A DNA stretch of 64,000 bases from Alphaproteobacteria bacterium (lineage in GTDB: Bacteria > Pseudomonadota > Alphaproteobacteria > RF32 > CAG-239). The stretch is taken from contig JAZUCK010000001.1 in NCBI GenBank assembly GCA_045639065.1, positions 11,331 through 75,330 on the forward strand. The letters run 5' to 3'. Numbering within the stretch: the first letter of the stretch is position 1; every line of letters starts with the position of its first letter. The notes under the pieces were generated by a model. The model worked only from the letters and a program-made list of their open reading frames with translations, was not told where the DNA came from and did no database searches. Position numbers and translations under genes: made by a program. Below are positions 57,549-64,000 of the stretch, piece by piece.

Positions 57549-59340
57549 ATAGGCTTTTGAACGGTTTTAATTTTTTAATTTTTTTGATGGTTTCTTCAAT
57601 ATCTTGTTTATCATAAGTTAGTTTAGGTTCTTCCAGCAAACCGTTTTCAATTTTTTGTTTTACTTCATCGATATTAAGTTCTTTTGATTCATCTTTTAGG
57701 TTTAGAGCGTGTTTCCATTGGAAAACAGCTTCGTTTTTACGATGAGCAAACCAATAAGCATCGCCTAAATGAGAAGTTATAACTGCTGATGACGGGTACA
57801 TTTCTGCGGCACGTTCCAAATATGGTAAAGCCATTGTGTAATATCCTAATTTGTACAAGGCATAACCGAGGCTGTCATTTATTGACGGATCGAAAGGAGC
57901 TTGGTTATAGGCATCTACAATCATGGAAAAAGCTTTATTGATATTTTGATTTTGCTTGAACCATGAGTATCCAAGATAATTTAATATAAGATAGTGTTTT
58001 TTTATCTCATATGCTTTCATCATGCTTTTTTCTGCTTCTTCCCATAAGCCTGATTGCTCAAGAGCCGAACCTTTGGCATAGTGTAAAACCCAAAGAGTGC
58101 TTTTGTTATTGGTCTTTGCGATGGCTTTGTTGTAATATTTTACAGCTTCACTAAATCTTAAGTTTGTACGTAAAATATCGCCTAAATCCATGTAAATTTG
58201 GACGTCTTCATATTCTTTGCTTAATTTTTTTAGTAGTTTTTCGGCGTTTTTGTAGTCTTTTTGTTTAGAGTAGTTGCGAGCTTTTTTTAATTGTGCAGGA
58301 TAATATGTGGCATCACTTGGCGATATACTATCGTACATCTTATTTGCATCTTGGTACATTTCACGGCTTTCCAATATATCAGCCATTAGGATTTTTGCAG
58401 TGCTGTAATCAGGGCTTAAGTATAATGAAAGTGCTGTATACATATGGGCAATATCAATGATGTCATCATAGTGAAATGATGAGGCAACAGATAGTAACGC
58501 TTCGGCAAAACCGATAGCAGCTGAACTCAAAATAGGTTTGGTTTCAGAAGAGTCGGAATTGGTCAATTTTTGAAGTAAATTGCTTATTATGATATTAAGC
58601 GCTGGATGGCTCATTGTTGATTTTAACATTGTTTCTGCGCTATCAACCTGATTTGTCCTGACAAGGAAATTGGTAATTATTTCAATCAATCTTACAGATA
58701 TTTCAGAAGTCCTGTCATTCAAAATATTTTGGTAAGCCTGATTGGCTTCGCGATTTTTTCCCATATAGTCATATAAGAAAGCTTGCTGTGTTTTATAAAT
58801 ATTTTCCAAACCTTCTTTGTTTTTTATTTTTTCAAGTTCGATAAAAGCCTGTTTGGAATTGCCTAATCCGGCATAGTTCCATGCAGACAAAATTGGAGAA
58901 ATTAAAGTTTTGTATAATGGTTCGTTAAAGTTTTTTATAGTCTTTAATGAGGCATCATATTGTTTGTTTTTAAGTTGTGATAGTGCAACCACCATGTGTG
59001 CAAAATTATTTTTAGTGTTTGCTTTTAGAGCTTTTTCGGCATATGTAACAGCTTCATCAATTTTGCCTTTGGAGGTCAATAATAGGAATAGCTTATTTAT
59101 CAATTCAGGGTTGTCTTGATTGCTTTGATAAGCAATTTTGTAATAAGTTGAAGCATTGTCAAAGTCTTTTCTGATATGAGCCACTCGTCCTGCTAAATAT
59201 GCACCGTATGGTGTTATCATTACTGATGATGCTTCTTTTGTATCATTATTAAAAGAAGGATGTTGCGTCATAACTGGCGAACAAGATATAAAAATTGCGG
59301 TTGAAAGTAATAAGACTGAGGCAAATGTTAATTTATTCAT
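57547..59340 (-). CDS. TPR-repeat lipoprotein
   Basis: Lipobox FISC, YGAYLAGR, multiple TPRs, LNYLGYSW, DSLGYALYKLG, ITSHLGDAYW. Confidence 0.85.
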   Translation of the reverse strand: MNKLTFASVLLLSTAIFISCSPVMTQHPSFNNDTKEASSVMITPYGAYLAGRVAHIRKDFDNASTYYKIAYQSNQDNPELINKLFLLLTSKGKIDEAVTYAEKALKANTKNNFAHMVVALSQLKNKQYDASLKTIKNFNEPLYKTLISPILSAWNYAGLGNSKQAFIELEKIKNKEGLENIYKTQQAFLYDYMGKNREANQAYQNILNDRTSEISVRLIEIITNFLVRTNQVDSAETMLKSTMSHPALNIIISNLLQKLTNSDSSETKPILSSAAIGFAEALLSVASSFHYDDIIDIAHMYTALSLYLSPDYSTAKILMADILESREMYQDANKMYDSISPSDATYYPAQLKKARNYSKQKDYKNAEKLLKKLSKEYEDVQIYMDLGDILRTNLRFSEAVKYYNKAIAKTNNKSTLWVLHYAKGSALEQSGLWEEAEKSMMKAYEIKKHYLILNYLGYSWFKQNQNINKAFSMIVDAYNQAPFDPSINDSLGYALYKLGYYTMALPYLERAAEMYPSSAVITSHLGDAYWFAHRKNEAVFQWKHALNLKDESKELNIDEVKQKIENGLLEEPKLTYDKQDIEETIKKIKKLKPFKSL

Positions 59341-59446
59341 GAATTTATTCCAAAAGTATACATTGTTCTTATGTTATATGTTTTTTATCAATCATACAAC
59401 AGGTTTATAAATATATGATTAAATTTGTGCAAATAAATGTTTATTC

Positions 59447-60256
59447 TTGCTTAAAAGTTTTATTTACTTTAAGTTTATGAGTATGATTGATAATAACCTT
59501 AATGCAAAAGAAATTCTTGAATTTTATCTTTTATCCGGAGTTGATGAAACTTGCGGAGATGTCGTTTTTTCTCAATCAACAAATACAAAACCATCGGTTA
59601 ATAATGAAAATAAGGCCAAATATGTTACATCGCATTTGGCTTTTGATTCTAAGGTTGCTGTTGAAAGCGCTATTGATTTGTGCAATAAGGTTTTGACAAT
59701 AGAAGAGTTAAAAGAAGTTGTTGAAAATTTTGAAGGTTGTTCTTTGAAAAAAATGGCCTTGAATACGGTTATAGGTGATGGCAATCCTAAGGCTAAAATA
59801 ATGTTTATCGGAGAAGCTCCGGGGGCTGATGAGGATAGAATAGGGCGGGCTTTTGTCGGCAGATGCGGACAATTATTAGATAAGATGTTGTCATCAATAG
59901 GACTTAATAGAGATAATTGTTATATTTGTAATGTTTTACCATGGAGACCGCCGGGAAACAGAACGCCGTCAGACTCAGAGATTGTCGTATGTTTGCCGTT
60001 TTTGAAAAAACAAATAGAAATTGTTGAGCCTGATATTATTTTTGCACTAGGAGCAGTTGCGGTTAATACGTTGCTGGATAATGCTGACAGTATTTCAAAA
60101 CTTAGGGGTAAGTGGTTGGAATATAATACTCAAAGCGGAAAAACAATTCATGTAATGGCAGGATATCATCCGGCGTTTTTGCTCAGGACACCGGCTCAGA
60201 AAGCTAAGGCATGGAGTGATTTTTTGCGATTAAAAAAGAAAATTGAAGAAAAATAA
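59447..60256 (+). CDS. Uracil-DNA glycosylase family 4
   Basis: IGEAPGADED, FVGRCG, NVLPWRPPGNRTP, YHPAFLLR; start may be ATG 59477. Confidence 0.92.
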   Translation: MLKSFIYFKFMSMIDNNLNAKEILEFYLLSGVDETCGDVVFSQSTNTKPSVNNENKAKYVTSHLAFDSKVAVESAIDLCNKVLTIEELKEVVENFEGCSLKKMALNTVIGDGNPKAKIMFIGEAPGADEDRIGRAFVGRCGQLLDKMLSSIGLNRDNCYICNVLPWRPPGNRTPSDSEIVVCLPFLKKQIEIVEPDIIFALGAVAVNTLLDNADSISKLRGKWLEYNTQSGKTIHVMAGYHPAFLLRTPAQKAKAWSDFLRLKKKIEEK

Positions 60257-60361
60257 TCAACATTGCTTGTTAATATTTTAATATTTTATGGTATTTTTTT
60301 TTAATTATTTTATTATGTATATTAACTTGTAAAAAGCGTCATTTCAAATGAGGGAATAAAT

Positions 60362-61072
60362 ATGAAAATAAATGCTAAATATATAATGCCGATGTTGGCT
60401 GTGGGTTTGACTTTTGGTGTCGTTGACGTAAATGCTGCACCGGCTTCATCTAAAGAATCGAAAGGAGCTGTTATCTTCAAGATTCATGATGTTGTGCCTG
60501 AAAAAAATGCCGAAGGTAAGGTTATATATTGTAATGTGGGTGCTACATTTTTTAATCGTACAAAGGAAGATATCGCTAATGTGTCTCTCTCTTTGAGTTG
60601 GAATGATGATGTTATCGGCGAAATTATCGATATTGAAGAACGTGAAGAACGCGAGAAAAAGAAAAATAAATCAAAAGATCCAAAATCTCGCTACTCTACT
60701 TCAAGTTTTACATCCAGTGATGTTTCTGTTGATTTGAAGCTCCCTCCTATTAAAACGAATCAACAAATCACGATGAAAACAAAGGTGGATACAGATCGTT
60801 GTTTTATCTTGTTAAATGATATGGATGTTGTAGTAAGCAATTGCGGAACGTTGTCTGCGTCTTCATCAAAAGATGCTTGTTCAAATTATTTTCAATACAT
60901 AAGCCCTAAAAATGCTGAATATTATACCGATTTTAAGGAAGTGTCTTTGGAAGAGCAGGTAACTAATGAGGATAATCATGTTTTGCAACTTCAGGAAGAC
61001 GTTAATAAAATTTTTGATGAAACTATCAAAAGTATAGATGAAATTGTTGCTCCGACCGATAAGTCAGAATAG
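60362..61072 (+). CDS. Exported hypothetical protein
   Basis: Signal peptide, Cys pairs. Confidence 0.65.
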   Translation: MKINAKYIMPMLAVGLTFGVVDVNAAPASSKESKGAVIFKIHDVVPEKNAEGKVIYCNVGATFFNRTKEDIANVSLSLSWNDDVIGEIIDIEEREEREKKKNKSKDPKSRYSTSSFTSSDVSVDLKLPPIKTNQQITMKTKVDTDRCFILLNDMDVVVSNCGTLSASSSKDACSNYFQYISPKNAEYYTDFKEVSLEEQVTNEDNHVLQLQEDVNKIFDETIKSIDEIVAPTDKSE

Positions 61073-61136
61073 TATTCGCTTCTTGGTATTAGAGAGTATT
61101 TTTATATAAACCTTTAGTTATTGCGAGCTGTTTGTA

Positions 61137-61868
61137 ATGGTTAGATTTTTAGTTTTTTTAGTAGTTTTATTTTCAATGTTTGATGTTAAGGCTCAAATGT
61201 TGTTTGATGATGGCAAAAAGACTAAAACTATATCTGAAGAGGCATTTGAGCTGCCTAAAAAACAAGATGAACAAAAAAGTCAAGATGAACAAGGTGTTAC
61301 TTTGGAAGATTTGACACGAGCAGCTTCGTCTTCAAGTAATGATATTGAAAAATCTTTGCAAAAGGCAACAACATCTTCTGAAAAAGATAAGAAAAAAGAT
61401 GCCGATGAAGATGTCGAAAATGAAGATATCTTTATTCCTGAAGGTGAGCTGTATAAACTTAATGAAGCACCTACGGTTGATGGTTCAAAGCGTGGCGGAC
61501 AAGCTTTTGTAGAAGTTGATGATGAAGGTCGTATGAAAAAATCGGAAAAAATCTTTTTATTTTACGATGATTTTAAGATAACTAATTATATGACTAATAC
61601 TGCAACTTGTGATGTCAGATTTAATATATTGTCAAATTTGGATAGAAAAATTACTCAATTAGATGTGAAATTGGTTTGGCCTGATATTACAACTACATTG
61701 TCTTTTAGTAACGTTGCTCCAAATACTCAGACATATTATAATTATTCGCTTATCGGCAACGGCTGTTATGGTATGGATATAGCTCCGAATATTATCGTTA
61801 ATAGATGCAGAGTAAAAGGTTTGACATCATCTGAATGCGCAAATAAACTTGTTTGGTTATCAAAATAA
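61137..61868 (+). CDS. Exported hypothetical protein
   Basis: Signal peptide, acidic linker, Cys-containing C-terminal domain. Confidence 0.65.
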   Translation: MVRFLVFLVVLFSMFDVKAQMLFDDGKKTKTISEEAFELPKKQDEQKSQDEQGVTLEDLTRAASSSSNDIEKSLQKATTSSEKDKKKDADEDVENEDIFIPEGELYKLNEAPTVDGSKRGGQAFVEVDDEGRMKKSEKIFLFYDDFKITNYMTNTATCDVRFNILSNLDRKITQLDVKLVWPDITTTLSFSNVAPNTQTYYNYSLIGNGCYGMDIAPNIIVNRCRVKGLTSSECANKLVWLSK

Positions 61869-61872
61869 TCTG

Positions 61873-63648
61873 ATGAAAAAATTTAAAATATTTTTAAGTG
61901 CTTTGGTCATATCATTTTTTTGTATGACAGGTGTTGTCTGTGCTGAAATTAATATAATTACGCCGGAAATTTACGATAGGGTAATGGATAATATTGATGT
62001 AAGCAGTAGCGATATAAAAAAGTATAAAAATATATTCAAGGCTTTGGCTAACGGTGATTTTAAGAGTGTTGATAATTTGGTTGAAAAATTGGATAATCAA
62101 TGCTTGTTGGGGTATGTGTTGGCTGAAAAATATTTGCATGCCTCATATAAATCAACAGTAGAAGAATTGGTTGATTGGTTAGATGAATATCGAGATTATC
62201 CGCATGCGCAACGCATTTATAATTTGGCGCTAAGAAAAGGTGCTAAAGATATTAAAGAGCCGGTATATCATTCTGATGATGTTGTTGAAACAAGAGATGA
62301 TAAAATTTCATTAAAATACTTAGAGCGATTATCACCTAGTGATCGTAAGTTTTTAGTACGTCAGGCCAAAATTTTTAGGACTCATTTGAGACGTGGTAAA
62401 ACATTGGCTGCAAGAAATGTGCTGGAGAACAAACGTTTTAAAAAATTAGCGCCAAGCAGATATTGGGATAATTTGGCAGCGAAGCTATCATTAAAATATT
62501 TGGTAGATAATTACGATACAAAAGCTTTGGAATGGGGAGAAATCGCAGCTAAAAGGCATAATTCCGGTACGGGTACTTGGGTGGCCGGACTTGCGTCTTG
62601 GCGTAAAAAAAATTATAAATCAGCAGCAAGCTATTTTGCACGTTTGGGAAGTTCTCAAAATTCTGATGCGTGGTTAAAAGCAGCCGGAGCATATTGGTCA
62701 GCTCGCGCTTATGATAAATTAGGTAACCATCTAAAAGCGCGTGAAATGTTAAAGTTGGCTGTAGCTCATAAATATACTTTTTATGGTATTTTAGCAGGAT
62801 ACCAGCTTGGCGAAGATTTTGATTTTGGTTTTGACAAGGATAGCTATATCAACGACTTTGAAAAAATGGATTATGTGAACGAGATTATTGCTTCAAAACA
62901 AATTGTAAGAGCATTACTGTTGCTTAAAATCGGCAAAAAAGATTGGGCAGAAAAAGAACTATATTCAGTTTATGATGGTTTGAGCGATAATCAAAAAGAA
63001 GCAGTTATTTTGCTGGCAAACCAATATGAATTACATTCTTTGGTTATCAATATCAGCCGACAAAAAAATATTGAAGCGCTGAGCGGTAATTATGAAAAAG
63101 AAATGTACCCTTTGCCAAAGTGGTCTGATGAACAAGAGTGGAAAGTTGATAAGGCTTTGATTTTAGCTCTTATCAGACAAGAATCTGCTTTTAAGGATAA
63201 TGCGACAAGTAGAGCCGGAGCCAGAGGAATTATGCAGCTTATGCCTAATACGGCATATCATATCAGTGGTGACAAAACGATAAAAAAACAAAAAAGCAAG
63301 TTGCTTAATCTTGACTATAATTTGAGCCTTGGGCAAAAATATGTGTCTTATTTGTTATCTAAGCCGTTTATTGAGGGTAATTTGTTTTATATGCTGACAG
63401 CATATAACGGCGGTCCGGGTAATTTGTTAAAATGGATGAAAAATGCCCGATTTTATGATGATCCGCTTTTGTTTATTGAGGTTATTCCCTCAGCTGAAAC
63501 TCGTATATATATTGAGCGCGTTATGGCTAACTATTGGATTTATAATATGAGATTTGGTAATATCAACCACACTTTAGAGCAGTTGGGTGAAGGTCAGTGG
63601 CCGATATTAAAAACCGATGCTTATAATCCTATATTTGATGATGAGTAA
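61873..63648 (+). CDS. Soluble lytic murein transglycosylase (Slt-like)
   Basis: LIRQESAF, GARGIMQLMP, TAYNGGPG, ETRIYIERV; start ATG 61873. Confidence 0.92.
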   Translation: MKKFKIFLSALVISFFCMTGVVCAEINIITPEIYDRVMDNIDVSSSDIKKYKNIFKALANGDFKSVDNLVEKLDNQCLLGYVLAEKYLHASYKSTVEELVDWLDEYRDYPHAQRIYNLALRKGAKDIKEPVYHSDDVVETRDDKISLKYLERLSPSDRKFLVRQAKIFRTHLRRGKTLAARNVLENKRFKKLAPSRYWDNLAAKLSLKYLVDNYDTKALEWGEIAAKRHNSGTGTWVAGLASWRKKNYKSAASYFARLGSSQNSDAWLKAAGAYWSARAYDKLGNHLKAREMLKLAVAHKYTFYGILAGYQLGEDFDFGFDKDSYINDFEKMDYVNEIIASKQIVRALLLLKIGKKDWAEKELYSVYDGLSDNQKEAVILLANQYELHSLVINISRQKNIEALSGNYEKEMYPLPKWSDEQEWKVDKALILALIRQESAFKDNATSRAGARGIMQLMPNTAYHISGDKTIKKQKSKLLNLDYNLSLGQKYVSYLLSKPFIEGNLFYMLTAYNGGPGNLLKWMKNARFYDDPLLFIEVIPSAETRIYIERVMANYWIYNMRFGNINHTLEQLGEGQWPILKTDAYNPIFDDE

Positions 63649-63733
63649 ATCTTTATTTTTTAACTATCTTGTTTTGCAATAATAAGCGCATATATATGAA
63701 GCAATAACTTTTATTTTATATGGGAGTTGATTG

Positions 63734-64000
63734 ATGGAATTATATATGTTTTTGGCATTTTTATTGTTTTATATAATCACCGCAATAATGCTGGACGATG
63801 TTTTGAGAAAAAGAATTTGGATGATTGCTTTTATATTGTCTTTTGCTGCAACATCAATAGCAATCGGTTTTATCAAAGGTTCAAAACAAGATGTTATGAT
63901 GAATGTAGAAGAGCTTAATTGGTATTATTTCTTATACTTGTTTGGTATGATATCTGTTGTAATGGGGGTTTTCAATATATGGATTTATCGCAAGGAGTTG
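63734..64000 (+). CDS. Membrane protein, 3' truncated by the window edge
   Basis: Open frame MELYMFLAFLLFYIITAIMLDDVLRKRIWMIAFILSF... runs off the end; GGAG RBS. Confidence 0.6.
   Translation, partial: MELYMFLAFLLFYIITAIMLDDVLRKRIWMIAFILSFAATSIAIGFIKGSKQDVMMNVEELNWYYFLYLFGMISVVMGVFNIWIYRKEL

Noticed and set aside
59447-60256. Prophage signal from a family-4 UDG often labelled phage SPO1 polymerase-related
   Set aside because: Ordinary chromosomal repair gene in a housekeeping context; no phage genes nearby.
63727-63918. 63-aa ORF from the track
   Set aside because: The overlapping frame starting at 63734 gives a coherent membrane protein that runs off the window.

Overview
AT-rich bacterial chromosome segment, most consistent with an anaerobic, probably gut-associated alphaproteobacterium (Rhodospirillales-like). 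This is inferred from the FtsZ C-terminal tail, hda, the fliQ-fliR-flhB-cckA cluster, mipZ, the tRNA-Leu-tig-clpP-clpX block and a pyruvate:ferredoxin oxidoreductase. Housekeeping blocks occupy about 1-11 kb and 29-64 kb. An accessory zone at about 11.2-29 kb holds two surface-glycan loci, a tRNA-Gln-anchored cassette region (phage-type NADAR, HExxH protein, GNATs, kinase) and an ECF sigma module. There are three tRNAs (His, Gln, Leu). I found no rRNA, canonical CRISPR array, intact integrase/transposase or reverse transcriptase. Best candidate for an undescribed system: a sigma70-like promoter (27399-27427) enclosed by two inverted 26-bp hix-like sites (27364-27389, 27497-27522). It drives a four-gene glycan operon whose first gene is a Hin/resolvase-family protein lacking the catalytic residues but keeping its DNA-binding HTH. 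A homologous promoter plus hix-like site sits in the same register upstream of the second glycan locus (14690-14754). This suggests a phase-variable glycan switch needing an invertase in trans, or a recombinase repurposed as a regulator. Other notable items are an array of ~125-bp long hairpins after secA, tRNA 3'-end repeats, a uORF/terminator leader, an HNH-toxin/SUKH pair coupled to tsaC, and a short peptide motif shared by four glycan enzymes. All family calls come from motif recognition, not database searches.
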